From positions 16,343 to 80,342 of IMG/VR virus record IMGVR_UViG_3300028374_000002: DNA of 64,000 nucleotides. One strand, written 5' to 3'. The position numbers were made by a program, and so were the translations under genes. The DNA comes from a virus. Shown one piece after another: positions 42,897-52,766 of the stretch (position 1 is its first letter; each line of letters begins with the position of its first letter). The notes under the pieces were generated by a model. It was not told where the DNA came from and ran no database searches. It worked only from the letters and a program-made list of their open reading frames with translations.

Positions 42897-43999
42897 AAGT
42901 AGAAAAATTTAAAGAATTAGATCAACAGATGAATAACTATAGTTTTAATACTAGTTATAGCAACATAAACAAAATAATGAAGGGGTTGTCATACTTTGGT
43001 AATATGACATCAATATTCCTTGCTTATTTCTTTATGTCCGATATATTATCTGGGCCAATTGGTGATAACCAAGCACTAGTTGTTGCAGCATCGTTAATTA
43101 TATTAATAGGTGTGGAACTTCTAAAAAGAGATATATTTGACAAGTTTTCCATTCAATCCCTAAAGGATAATACAATAAAAAAGACTGCCTTACCATTGGC
43201 AATATTAAGTGTATTGCTTATATTTTTATCATTTTATTCATCCTTGAGTGGTGCTAAAAAGTTTTCATTAAAGTCTGATGAAATAGAAGTTAAGACGGTG
43301 AATAAACTAGATGTTTATAGAGATAGTTTAACTACTATCTATGATACTAAGATAGGTGTTATTGAGAATAGGAATAAAATATTGTTTAATCAAAACATAA
43401 AATTTGATGAAGAAGCAGCTGAACTACCAGGTAATTATATATCTGCTAAAGAAAATATTAGAAGTAACAAAAAGGTAAACTTAGAACAGATTAGTATAAA
43501 CAAAGAAGAGATAGACGAACTCAAAGAAGAGTTTAAGACTAGGGTAGATGCAAAAAGTAATTCACTGACTAACAAATCTTCTAAAGAAAAAGAAAAGAAT
43601 TCAGATAACTCTTTCCTTTTTATCATATTGTCAACATTTATAGAACTTATTATATTAGGTGGTGTCTATTTCAACCAATACTATAGATTTAGGTCTTATA
43701 AAGAATTTAGAAAAAAGATAGAAAAAGATCCAAAATATCAGAAATGGTTATTATATGATGAGATACTATCAAATATCGTGTCTAGTGAGACTAAGATGAA
43801 TGAGAAATTACCATCTAACAAATCAATAATAGACACTTGTAAAGTAAATGATATAATCATACTACCCAAGGATATAAAGGACTTTATGAAAGTGTTATTA
43901 GGTCTTGGTATAATAAAATCTAGTGGGAGTGCTAGGTATATTATAAAAGAAAGGGAAATGGCTAAAGAAACATTAAGAAATCATTTTAATATAAAATAA
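42893..43999 (+). CDS. multi-pass membrane protein with coiled-coil loop
   Basis: three N-terminal and one later hydrophobic helices flanking a charged segment. Confidence 0.7.
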   Translation: MKVEKFKELDQQMNNYSFNTSYSNINKIMKGLSYFGNMTSIFLAYFFMSDILSGPIGDNQALVVAASLIILIGVELLKRDIFDKFSIQSLKDNTIKKTALPLAILSVLLIFLSFYSSLSGAKKFSLKSDEIEVKTVNKLDVYRDSLTTIYDTKIGVIENRNKILFNQNIKFDEEAAELPGNYISAKENIRSNKKVNLEQISINKEEIDELKEEFKTRVDAKSNSLTNKSSKEKEKNSDNSFLFIILSTFIELIILGGVYFNQYYRFRSYKEFRKKIEKDPKYQKWLLYDEILSNIVSSETKMNEKLPSNKSIIDTCKVNDIIILPKDIKDFMKVLLGLGIIKSSGSARYIIKEREMAKETLRNHFNIK

Positions 44000-44001
44000 T
44001 T

Positions 44002-44241
44002 ATGGTAAGATACTTTTGTGATAAATGTAAAAAAGATACTAAAGGGAATAGACTATTAACTATCCCTATTTATAGACATATTAAAGACGACAATCCTTTA
44101 GATGGGTATTCTGTTATTAATGATGATGGTAATCTAGAACAGATTAGTGGAGTGAGTGATGATATAGACCTTTGTATCACTTGTTATAATGTTGTGATGA
44201 AACCAATGTGGAATTCTATAAAAAATGAAATAAATGGATAA
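44002..44241 (+). CDS. small zinc-binding protein
   Basis: CDKC...DLCITC. Confidence 0.6.
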   Translation: MVRYFCDKCKKDTKGNRLLTIPIYRHIKDDNPLDGYSVINDDGNLEQISGVSDDIDLCITCYNVVMKPMWNSIKNEING

Positions 44242-45046
44242 TTATATTAAGACACCTTTTAATTATACAGGTAGTAAATTTAAGATACTAAATCAGATAA
44301 TACCAGAGATGGATTATAATAAGCCATACTTTTGTGACTTATTTTGTGGTGGTGGTTCTGTTTATACAAATATACTAGAACATTACGACAAAATATTAGC
44401 AAATGATATAATAGAAGATTTAATAGACATACATAAGCTTATATTAGTAGATGATAGCATCATAGAAGATACAAAAGCATTATGTCCTGGTAAAGATAAC
44501 AAAGAAGGATTTCTGTCGCTTAGAAGCTCTTATAATGAACATAAAACACCTTCTAAATTATGGGCATTAATGCTATCATCAACAAATAATATGATGAGAT
44601 TCAATAAGAAATTTCTATACAATCAAACTTATGGGAATAGGGGATGGAATCCTAACACAGATAATAAAGTTAATGAGTTCAAAACAGAATTAAGAAAATA
44701 TGGACATAAGATAAGATATACTTCTAAAAGCTTTAGTGATGTTAAAATATCATCTGATAAAGTAATGTTATATTGTGATCCACCATATTCAAATACAGAA
44801 GCTGGTTATAATGCTTATTGGGAAAAGGATGATGACCAGAAGCTATATGAATATCTGAAAAATATAGATTCGAGTGGTTCTTCATTTATGGTTTCTGGTT
44901 CTTTAAAACATGATAATAAATCTTGCTTTTTACTAGATGAATTAATAAAGGATGGTTATTCAGTAAAAAAGATAGAACACAATTATAACAAAGTATCTAG
45001 AAGCGGTAATAAGAAGACAGAGGAAATAATTATAATAAACTACTAG
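44234..45046 (+). CDS. Dam-family (D12 class) DNA adenine methyltransferase
   Basis: PFNYTGSK, DLFCGGGSV, NDI, YCDPPY, EIIIINY. Confidence 0.92.
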   Translation: MDNYIKTPFNYTGSKFKILNQIIPEMDYNKPYFCDLFCGGGSVYTNILEHYDKILANDIIEDLIDIHKLILVDDSIIEDTKALCPGKDNKEGFLSLRSSYNEHKTPSKLWALMLSSTNNMMRFNKKFLYNQTYGNRGWNPNTDNKVNEFKTELRKYGHKIRYTSKSFSDVKISSDKVMLYCDPPYSNTEAGYNAYWEKDDDQKLYEYLKNIDSSGSSFMVSGSLKHDNKSCFLLDELIKDGYSVKKIEHNYNKVSRSGNKKTEEIIIINY

Positions 45047-45068
45047 GGATATATTAAATAGTTTAATT

Positions 45069-45077
45069 TAATATATA
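45069..45077 (+). promoter_or_regulatory. candidate phage late promoter TAATATATA heading the repeat-protein array
   Basis: same 9-mer sits just upstream of many start codons in the window. Confidence 0.55.
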
Positions 45078-45081
45078 CTCT

Positions 45082-45813
45082 ATGAAACACATAAAATCTT
45101 ACAAGATATTCGAGAGTGCTAGTCCTAACTTCCCAACTACAAGAGAGGAAGTTATAGAAGTTTGTGAAAAATATAAAATAGAAAAATATAGTATTAATGA
45201 TGATTTAAGTATTGATGTTGATGGTGATGTTTATTTAGATGGTCAAAGCTTAGAATACTTACCACTTAAATTTAATTATATAGAGGGTAGCTTTGATTGT
45301 CATTTTAATGAATTAAAATCATTAGAGGGTTGTCCAGAAAAAGTGGGTGGAACTTTTAACTGTTCTTTTAATCAATTAAAAACATTAGAAGGTAGCCCAC
45401 GAACAATAAATGGTCGTTTTAGTTGTTCTAATAATGAATTAAAAACATTAGAATTTAGCCCACAAACAGTAGGTGGTACTTTTCGTTGTATACATAATGA
45501 ATTAAAGACATTAAAAGGTAGCCCACAAACAGTAGGTGGTAATTTTTCTTGTTCTCATAATGAATTAAAAGATTTAGAACATTTCCCAGAAGTAAATAGT
45601 AGAATAGACATATTTGAAAACACAGTAAATTTATTAGTGTATACCTTTATTAAAAAAGCTGATAGCTTTATGATAGAAGACTTTGTAGATTATGAAATAG
45701 TCAGAAACAGAGATACTGTTATGCTAGATAGGCTTCAAACTTTTATAAGAGATAACGATTTAGAAATGCCTGATTTGGAAGAAATTAAAAAAGAATATAA
45801 AATAATAGAATAG
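45082..45813 (+). CDS. LRR-like repeat protein, array copy 1 (5 modules)
   Basis: VxGxFxCxxNxLxxLEGxP units. Confidence 0.9.
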   Translation: MKHIKSYKIFESASPNFPTTREEVIEVCEKYKIEKYSINDDLSIDVDGDVYLDGQSLEYLPLKFNYIEGSFDCHFNELKSLEGCPEKVGGTFNCSFNQLKTLEGSPRTINGRFSCSNNELKTLEFSPQTVGGTFRCIHNELKTLKGSPQTVGGNFSCSHNELKDLEHFPEVNSRIDIFENTVNLLVYTFIKKADSFMIEDFVDYEIVRNRDTVMLDRLQTFIRDNDLEMPDLEEIKKEYKIIE

Positions 45814-45814
45814 A

Positions 45815-46546
45815 ATGAAACATATAAAACCTTATAAAATATTCGAGAATAAAAGTCCTAACTTCCCAACTACAAGAGAGGAAGTTATACAAGTGTGTGA
45901 AAAGTATGAAATAGAAAATTATACCATAAACGATGATTTAAGTATTGGTGTTGATGGTAGTGTATATTTAGAGAAGAAAAAATTAGAATACTTACCACTT
46001 AAATTTAATTATGTGAGTGGTACATTTATATGTTCTAGTAATAAATTAAAGTCATTAGAAGGTTGTCCACAAACAGTAAGTGGTAGTTTTTATTGCTTTA
46101 ATAATAAACTAGAATCATTAGAAGGTAGTCCACAAACAGTAAATGGGGATTTTTATTGCTTTAATAATAATTTAAAAACATTAAAAGGGTGTCCACAAAC
46201 AGTAAATGGTAATTTCAGTTGTGACAATAATGAATTAAAATCATTAAAAGGTTGCCCACAAACAGTAAATGGTAATTTTGGCTGTAAAGATAATGAATTA
46301 AAAGACTTAGAACATTTTCCAGAAGTAAATGGTATTATAGACATAAGGGGAAATCCAGTAAATCTCTTAACATATACCTTTATCAAAAATGCTGATAGCT
46401 TTATGATAGAAGATTTTAACGACTATGAAATAGTTAGAAATAGAGATACTGTTATGTTAGATAGATTAAAAACCTTCATAGAAGGATTTGATTTAGAAAT
46501 GCCTAATTTGGAAGAAATTAAAAAGCACTATAAAATAATAGAATAA
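45815..46546 (+). CDS. LRR-like repeat protein, array copy 2 (5 modules)
   Basis: same architecture. Confidence 0.9.
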   Translation: MKHIKPYKIFENKSPNFPTTREEVIQVCEKYEIENYTINDDLSIGVDGSVYLEKKKLEYLPLKFNYVSGTFICSSNKLKSLEGCPQTVSGSFYCFNNKLESLEGSPQTVNGDFYCFNNNLKTLKGCPQTVNGNFSCDNNELKSLKGCPQTVNGNFGCKDNELKDLEHFPEVNGIIDIRGNPVNLLTYTFIKNADSFMIEDFNDYEIVRNRDTVMLDRLKTFIEGFDLEMPNLEEIKKHYKIIE

Positions 46547-46548
46547 AC

Positions 46549-47280
46549 ATGAAACACATAAAACCTTACAAAATATTTGAGAGTGCTGAGCCTAACTTCC
46601 CAACTACAAGAGAAGAAGTTATAAAGGTATGTAGAAGATATAAAATATATAGCTACACTATTAATGATGATTTAAGTATTGATGTTGATGGTGATGTTGA
46701 ATTATATAGTAAAAATTTAGAATACTTACCGCTTAAATTTAATTATGTAAATGGTTATTTTAATTGTGATTATAACAACTTAAAAACATTAGAAGGGTGT
46801 CCACAAACGGTAGATGGGGTTTTTGATTGCTCTCAAAATGAATTAAAATCATTAAAAGGTTGCCCACAAACAATAGGAATGGATTTTTATTGTAGCTTTA
46901 ATGAATTAGAAACACTAGAAGGTAGTCCATCAGTAGTGAATGCTAATTTTCTATGTGATGATAATGAATTAACGACATTAAAAGGTTGTCCACAAACAGT
47001 AAGTGGTGGCTTTAACTGTAAATTTAATAAATTAACAGATTTGGAACACTTCCCAGAAGTAAATGGTATTATAGCCATAAGGGGAAATCCAGTAGATTTA
47101 TTAGTACATACTTTTATCGAAACTGCTGATAGCTTTATGATCGAAGATTTTGTAGATTATGAGATTGTTAGAAATGGTGATACTGTTATGTTAGATAGAC
47201 TTCAGACCTTCATTAGGGATAACGATTTAGAAATGCCTAACTTGGAAGACATCAAAGAACACTATAAAATAATAGAATAG
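46549..47280 (+). CDS. LRR-like repeat protein, array copy 3 (5 modules)
   Basis: same architecture. Confidence 0.9.
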   Translation: MKHIKPYKIFESAEPNFPTTREEVIKVCRRYKIYSYTINDDLSIDVDGDVELYSKNLEYLPLKFNYVNGYFNCDYNNLKTLEGCPQTVDGVFDCSQNELKSLKGCPQTIGMDFYCSFNELETLEGSPSVVNANFLCDDNELTTLKGCPQTVSGGFNCKFNKLTDLEHFPEVNGIIAIRGNPVDLLVHTFIETADSFMIEDFVDYEIVRNGDTVMLDRLQTFIRDNDLEMPNLEDIKEHYKIIE

Positions 47281-47281
47281 A

Positions 47282-47887
47282 ATGAAACATATAAAACCCT
47301 ATAAAATATTCGAGAGTGTTAGTCATAACTTCCCAACTACAAGAGAGGAAGTTGTAAAAGTGTGTGAATATTACAAAATAGAAAATTACACTATTAATGA
47401 TGATTTAAGTATTGATGTTGATGGATCTATTGGCTTATATAATAAAAATTTAGAACACTTGCCACTTAAATTTAACTATGTAGATGGTGGTTTTCATTGT
47501 AATCGTAATAAATTAAAATCATTAGAAGGTTGTCCAAAAACAGTAAATGGTGATTTTTATTGCTTTACTAATGAATTAGAGACATTAGAAGGTTGTCCGC
47601 AAACAGTAGGTGGTGATTTTTATTGCTTTACTAATGAATTAAAAGACTTAGAACATTTCCCAGAAGTAAATGGTAGAATAGATATAGAGGAAAATCCAGT
47701 AGATTTATTAGTACATACTTTCATTGATAATGCTGATAGCTTTATGATAGAAGATTTTAACGACTATGAAATAGTTAGAAACAGAGATACTGTTATGTTA
47801 GATAGGCTTCAAACATTTATTAGAGATAACGATTTAGAGATGCCTAATTTGGATAACATTAAAGAACACTATAAAATAATAGAATAA
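47282..47887 (+). CDS. LRR-like repeat protein, array copy 4 (3 modules)
   Basis: same architecture. Confidence 0.9.
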   Translation: MKHIKPYKIFESVSHNFPTTREEVVKVCEYYKIENYTINDDLSIDVDGSIGLYNKNLEHLPLKFNYVDGGFHCNRNKLKSLEGCPKTVNGDFYCFTNELETLEGCPQTVGGDFYCFTNELKDLEHFPEVNGRIDIEENPVDLLVHTFIDNADSFMIEDFNDYEIVRNRDTVMLDRLQTFIRDNDLEMPNLDNIKEHYKIIE

Positions 47888-47888
47888 A

Positions 47889-48557
47889 ATGAAACATATA
47901 AAACCTTATAAAATATTCGAGAGCAATAGTCCTAAATTTCCAACTACAAGAGAGGAAGTTATACAAGTGTGTAAAAAGTATAAAATAATAGATTATACTA
48001 TTAATGATGATTTAAGTATTGATGTTGATGGTGATGTTGAATTATATAGACAAAGATTAGAATATCTACCACTTAAATTTAATTATGTAAGTGGTAATTT
48101 TAATTGTTTTGTTAATAAATTAAAAACATTAGAAGGTAGTCCACAAACAGTATTTGGATATTTTAACTGTGGTGGCAATGAATTAAAATCGTTAGAAGGT
48201 AGTCCACAAACAGTAGGTGGGCGTTTTAATTGTTATTTTAATGAGTTAGTATCATTAGAAGGTAGTCCACAAACAGTAGATGGTGATTTTGATTGTTCCT
48301 ATAATGAATTAAAAGACTTAGAACATTTCCCAGAAGTAAATGGAACTATAGATATAGAAGATAATATAGTATATTGTTTAGTATATACCTTTATTAATAA
48401 AGCGGATAGCTTTATGATAGAAGATTTTATAGACTATGAAATAGTTAGAAACAGAGATACTGTTATGTTAGATAGGCTTCAAACTTTTATAAGAGATAAC
48501 GATTTAGAAATGCCTAATCTGGAAGAAATTAAAAAAGACTATAAAATAATAGAATAA
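47889..48557 (+). CDS. LRR-like repeat protein, array copy 5 (4 modules)
   Basis: same architecture. Confidence 0.9.
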   Translation: MKHIKPYKIFESNSPKFPTTREEVIQVCKKYKIIDYTINDDLSIDVDGDVELYRQRLEYLPLKFNYVSGNFNCFVNKLKTLEGSPQTVFGYFNCGGNELKSLEGSPQTVGGRFNCYFNELVSLEGSPQTVDGDFDCSYNELKDLEHFPEVNGTIDIEDNIVYCLVYTFINKADSFMIEDFIDYEIVRNRDTVMLDRLQTFIRDNDLEMPNLEEIKKDYKIIE

Positions 48558-48559
48558 AC

Positions 48560-49609
48560 ATGAAACATATAAAACCTTATAAAATATTCGAGAATAAAAG
48601 TCCTAACTTCCCAACTACAAGGGATGAAGTTATAGAAGTGTGTAAAAGATATGGTATAGAAGACTACACTATTAATGATAATTTAAGCATTGATGTTGAT
48701 GGTGATGTTGATTTAGGGAGGGTATACTTAGAATATTTACCACTTAAATTTAATTATGTGAGTGGTTATTTTGATTGTAATTATAATGAATTAAAGACAT
48801 TAGAAGGTTGTCCAACAACAGTAGGGGGTAGCTTTTATTGCTATGGTAATCAATTAGAGACATTAGAAGGTTGTCCACAAACAATAGGTGGTGATTTTTA
48901 TTGTAACATCAATATTTTAGAAACATTAGAAGGTTGTCCACAAACAGTAGAGGGTTATTTTGATTGTAGCCATAATGGATTAACGTCATTAGAAGGTAGT
49001 CCACAAACAGTAACTGGGGGTTTTGGTTGTTCTAGCAATGAATTAACAACATTAAAAGGTTGTCCACAAACAGCGGGTAAGTATTTTGATTGCTCTTCTA
49101 ATAAAAAATTAAAATCATTGAAGGGTTGTCCACAAAAAGTAGAGGGGGATTTTAATTGTAGTGGAAATAACTTAAAAACATTAGAAGGTGGCCCACAGAC
49201 AGTGGGTGGTAATTTTCAGTGTTATTATAATAGTTTGGAAACATTAAAAGGTTGTCTACAAACAGTAGATGGGGATTTTAATTGTCATTTTAATAAATTA
49301 GAAACACTAGAGGGTGGTCCACAAACAGTAAATGGGAATTTTCGTTGTTTTAATAATAAATTAAAAGACTTAGAACACTTCCCAGAAGTAAATGGTAGAA
49401 TAGATATAAAGAAAAACACAGTAAATTTATTAGTATATACCTTTATTGAAAATGCTGATAGTTTTATCGTAGAAGATTTTAACGACTATGAAATAGTTAG
49501 AAACAGAGATACTGTTATGTTAGATAGGCTTCAAACATTTATTAGAGATAACGATTTAGAGATGCCTAATTTGGATAACATTAAAGAACACTATAAAATA
49601 ATAGAATAA
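48560..49609 (+). CDS. LRR-like repeat protein, array copy 6 (10 modules)
   Basis: same architecture. Confidence 0.9.
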   Translation: MKHIKPYKIFENKSPNFPTTRDEVIEVCKRYGIEDYTINDNLSIDVDGDVDLGRVYLEYLPLKFNYVSGYFDCNYNELKTLEGCPTTVGGSFYCYGNQLETLEGCPQTIGGDFYCNINILETLEGCPQTVEGYFDCSHNGLTSLEGSPQTVTGGFGCSSNELTTLKGCPQTAGKYFDCSSNKKLKSLKGCPQKVEGDFNCSGNNLKTLEGGPQTVGGNFQCYYNSLETLKGCLQTVDGDFNCHFNKLETLEGGPQTVNGNFRCFNNKLKDLEHFPEVNGRIDIKKNTVNLLVYTFIENADSFIVEDFNDYEIVRNRDTVMLDRLQTFIRDNDLEMPNLDNIKEHYKIIE

Positions 49610-49610
49610 A

Positions 49611-50342
49611 ATGAAACATATAAAACCTTATAAAATATTCGAGAATAAAAGTCCTAACTTCCCAACTACAAGAGAGGAAGTTATACAAGTGTGTGAAAAG
49701 TATGAAATAGAAAATTATACCATAAACGATGATTTAAGTATTGGTGTTGATGGTAGTGTATATTTAGAGAAGAAAAAATTAGAATACTTACCACTTAAAT
49801 TTAATTATGTGAGTGGTAATTTTTATTGTCATCATAATAAATTAAAATCGTTAGAAGGTAGTCCACAAACAGTAGAGGGGGATTTTAAATGTGCTTATAA
49901 TAAATTAAAGACATTAGAAGATAGCCCACAAACAGTAGGTGGGCGTTTTATTTGTTATTTTAATGAGTTAGTATCATTAGAAGGTAGTCCACAAACAGTA
50001 GATGGTGATTTTGATTGTTCCTATAATGAATTAGAAACACTAGAGGGTGGTTCACAAACAGTAAATGGTAATTTTGATTGTTATAGTAATGAATTAAAGG
50101 ACTTAGAACATTTCCCAGAAGTAAATGGAACTATAGATATGGGGGCAAATCTAGTAAATCTATTAGTATATACTTTTATTGAAAATGCTGATATCTTTAT
50201 GATAGAAGATTTTATAGATTATGAAATAGTTAGAAATAGAGATACTGTTATGTTTGACAGATTAGAAACTTTTATAAGAGATAATGATTTAAAAATGCCT
50301 GATTTGGAAGAAATTAAAAAACACTATAAAATAATAGAATAA
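49611..50342 (+). CDS. LRR-like repeat protein, array copy 7 (5 modules; mosaic)
   Basis: same architecture; segments match copies 2, 10 and 5. Confidence 0.9.
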   Translation: MKHIKPYKIFENKSPNFPTTREEVIQVCEKYEIENYTINDDLSIGVDGSVYLEKKKLEYLPLKFNYVSGNFYCHHNKLKSLEGSPQTVEGDFKCAYNKLKTLEDSPQTVGGRFICYFNELVSLEGSPQTVDGDFDCSYNELETLEGGSQTVNGNFDCYSNELKDLEHFPEVNGTIDMGANLVNLLVYTFIENADIFMIEDFIDYEIVRNRDTVMFDRLETFIRDNDLKMPDLEEIKKHYKIIE

Positions 50343-50344
50343 AC

Positions 50345-51142
50345 ATGAAACATATAAAACCTTATAAAATATTCGAGAGCAATGGGCCTAACTTTCCAAC
50401 TACAAAAGAGGAGGTTATAGAAGTGTGTAAAAAGTATAAAATAATAGATTATACTATTAATGATGATTTAAGTATTGATGTTGATAGTTATGTTAGATTA
50501 GATAGTAAAAATTTAGAATACTTACCACTTAGATTTAATTATGTGAGTGGTGGATTTTCTTGTTGTAGAAATATATTAGTATCGTTAGAAGGTAGTCCAC
50601 AAACAGTAGGTGGTGATTTTGACTGTCAAGGTAATGAATTAAAAACATTAGAAGGTAGTCCACAAACAGTGGGTACTAACTTTGAATGTTCTTATAATAA
50701 CAAACTAGAAACATTAGAAGGTTGTCCACAAACAGTTGGTGGTTATTTTGGTTGTTCACTTAATGAATTAAAATCATTAAAAGGTTGTCCACAAACAGTA
50801 GGTGGTGATTTTGATTGTTTTGGAAATGAATTAAAATCATTAGAAGGTTGTCCATCGGTAGTTAATGGTAATTTTAATTGTTCTTTTAATAAATTAAAAG
50901 ATTTAGAACACATATCAGAAGTAAGTGGTAATATAGACATAAGACACAATGTAGTATATTTACTGATGTATACCTTCATTGATAAAGCTGATAGCTTTAT
51001 GATAGAAGATTTTATAGACTATGAAATAGTTAGAAATAGAGATACTGTTATGTTAGATAGGCTTCAAACATTTATTAGAGATAACGATTTAGAGATGCCT
51101 AATTTGGATAACATTAAAGAACACTATAAAATAATAGAATAA
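50345..51142 (+). CDS. LRR-like repeat protein, array copy 8 (6 modules)
   Basis: same architecture. Confidence 0.9.
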   Translation: MKHIKPYKIFESNGPNFPTTKEEVIEVCKKYKIIDYTINDDLSIDVDSYVRLDSKNLEYLPLRFNYVSGGFSCCRNILVSLEGSPQTVGGDFDCQGNELKTLEGSPQTVGTNFECSYNNKLETLEGCPQTVGGYFGCSLNELKSLKGCPQTVGGDFDCFGNELKSLEGCPSVVNGNFNCSFNKLKDLEHISEVSGNIDIRHNVVYLLMYTFIDKADSFMIEDFIDYEIVRNRDTVMLDRLQTFIRDNDLEMPNLDNIKEHYKIIE

Positions 51143-51144
51143 AC

Positions 51145-51756
51145 ATGAAACATATAAAACCTTATAAGATATTCGAGAGTGTTGGTCCTAACTTCCCAAC
51201 TACAAGAAAGGAAGTTATACAAGTGTGTAATGGGTATAGAATAAAAAACTATACTATTAATGATGATTTAAGTATCGATGTTGATGGTGATGTTCATTTA
51301 TATAGTAAAAATTTAGAATACTTACCACTTAGATTTAGTTATGTGAGTGGTGCATTTCTATGTTATGATAATGAATTAAAAACATTAGAAGGTTGTCCAC
51401 AAACAGTAGGTAGGTCTTTTTCCTGTTCTAATAATTTTTTAGTATCGTTGAAAGGATGTCCACAAACAGTACGTGGTAGTTTTAATTGCTCTTATAATAA
51501 AATAACAGACTTAGAACACTTTCCAGAAGATAGTCAGGTCATATACATAGAAAATAATCCAATATACAATCTAATAAATACGTTTATTTTTAAACCAAAA
51601 ACTGATAGCTTTATGATAGAAGACTTTATAGATTATGAAATAGTTAGAAACAGAGATACTGTTATGTTAGATAGACTTCAAACATTCATTAGAGATAACG
51701 ATTTAGAAATGCCTGACTTAGAAGAAATTAAAAAAAAATATAAAATAATAGAATAG
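51145..51756 (+). CDS. LRR-like repeat protein, array copy 9 (3 modules)
   Basis: same architecture. Confidence 0.9.
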   Translation: MKHIKPYKIFESVGPNFPTTRKEVIQVCNGYRIKNYTINDDLSIDVDGDVHLYSKNLEYLPLRFSYVSGAFLCYDNELKTLEGCPQTVGRSFSCSNNFLVSLKGCPQTVRGSFNCSYNKITDLEHFPEDSQVIYIENNPIYNLINTFIFKPKTDSFMIEDFIDYEIVRNRDTVMLDRLQTFIRDNDLEMPDLEEIKKKYKIIE

Positions 51757-51758
51757 AC

Positions 51759-52490
51759 ATGAAACATATAAAACCTTATAAGATATTCGAAAGCAATGGT
51801 CCTAAATTTCCAACTACAAGAGAGGAAGTTATACAAGTGTGTAAAAAGTATAAAATAATAGATTATACTATTAATGATGATTTGAGCATTGATGTTGATG
51901 GTGGTGTATATTTAAACAGAAGATACTTAGAATATTTACCACTTAAATTTAATTATGTGAGTGGTAATTTTTATTGTCATCATAATAAATTAAAATCGTT
52001 AGAAGGTAGTCCACAAACAGTAGAGGGGGATTTTAAATGTTATTTTAATAAATTAAAGACATTAGAAGGATGTCCACAAACGATTAGTGGTAGTTTTAAT
52101 TGCTCTGATAATTATTTGAAACTATTAAAAGGTTGTCCACAAACAGTAGATGGTAGCTTTGATTGTTCATATAATAAATTAATATCATTAGAGGATGGTC
52201 CACAAACAGTAGGTGGTTATTTTGAATGCGATAATAATAAATTAACTGATATGGAACACTTCCCAGAAGTAAATGGTCCTATAATCATAGATGGGAATCC
52301 AGTAAACTCTTTAATATTTACCTTTATCAAAAACGCAGATAGTTTTCTCATAGAAGATTTCGTAGATTATGAAATAGTTAGAAATGGCGATACTGTTATG
52401 TTAGATAGGCTTCGAACTTTAATTAATGATAATGATTTAAAAATGCCTGACTTAGAAGGTATTAAAAAGCACTATAAAATAATAGAATAA
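51759..52490 (+). CDS. LRR-like repeat protein, array copy 10 (5 modules)
   Basis: same architecture. Confidence 0.9.
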   Translation: MKHIKPYKIFESNGPKFPTTREEVIQVCKKYKIIDYTINDDLSIDVDGGVYLNRRYLEYLPLKFNYVSGNFYCHHNKLKSLEGSPQTVEGDFKCYFNKLKTLEGCPQTISGSFNCSDNYLKLLKGCPQTVDGSFDCSYNKLISLEDGPQTVGGYFECDNNKLTDMEHFPEVNGPIIIDGNPVNSLIFTFIKNADSFLIEDFVDYEIVRNGDTVMLDRLRTLINDNDLKMPDLEGIKKHYKIIE

Positions 52491-52493
52491 TGA

Positions 52494-52766
52494 TTAAATA
52501 TCACTTAAATCAAAATTTGTTGTTTTTATTTTATAACAATTTGTCCAAAACTCAGTCACAAAGTCTATAACAGTATCTGATTTAATTCTATCATTTTTAT
52601 TTATCTCATTCTTTTCAGTATCACTAGAACATCTTTGGACATCAGCAATACCAGCAAAGAAGAATATATAAGCTTCTCCAATTTCTATGACATCAGTGTT
52701 TTCATAACATTCAAAATCATACTCTACATTTGAATGTCCTTCAATTTCTCTCTTAAAATTTTTCAT
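52494..52766 (-). CDS. hypothetical protein
   Basis: ATG at 52766 (MKNFKRE) downstream of TATATTTG at 52795-52788. Confidence 0.55.
   Translation of the reverse strand: MKNFKREIEGHSNVEYDFECYENTDVIEIGEAYIFFFAGIADVQRCSSDTEKNEINKNDRIKSDTVIDFVTEFWTNCYKIKTTNFDLSDI

Larger units (their letters stand above)
45082..52490 (+). repeat. tandem array of ten paralogous LRR-like genes containing 51 copies of a 63-bp/21-aa module
   Basis: shared N-cap and C-domain; lengths step by 21 aa (201/203, 222, 243, 265, 349); 1-2 nt between genes. Confidence 0.97.

Noticed and set aside
44234..45046. Restriction-modification system, or functional link between the methyltransferase and the array
   Set aside because: No cognate restriction enzyme is adjacent, the array has its own upstream element, and orphan Dam-like genes are common in phages.
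45082..52490. Diversity-generating retroelement as the source of module variation
   Set aside because: Many variable codons are NNT, but there is no reverse transcriptase or non-coding template repeat in the window, and differences are not limited to adenines. Recombination explains the tracts. An RT elsewhere in the genome cannot be excluded.
45082..52490. CRISPR array or read-through polyprotein
   Set aside because: The repeats are in-frame 63-bp coding modules with no spacers. Intergenic gaps are 1-2 nt, so successive genes are out of frame.
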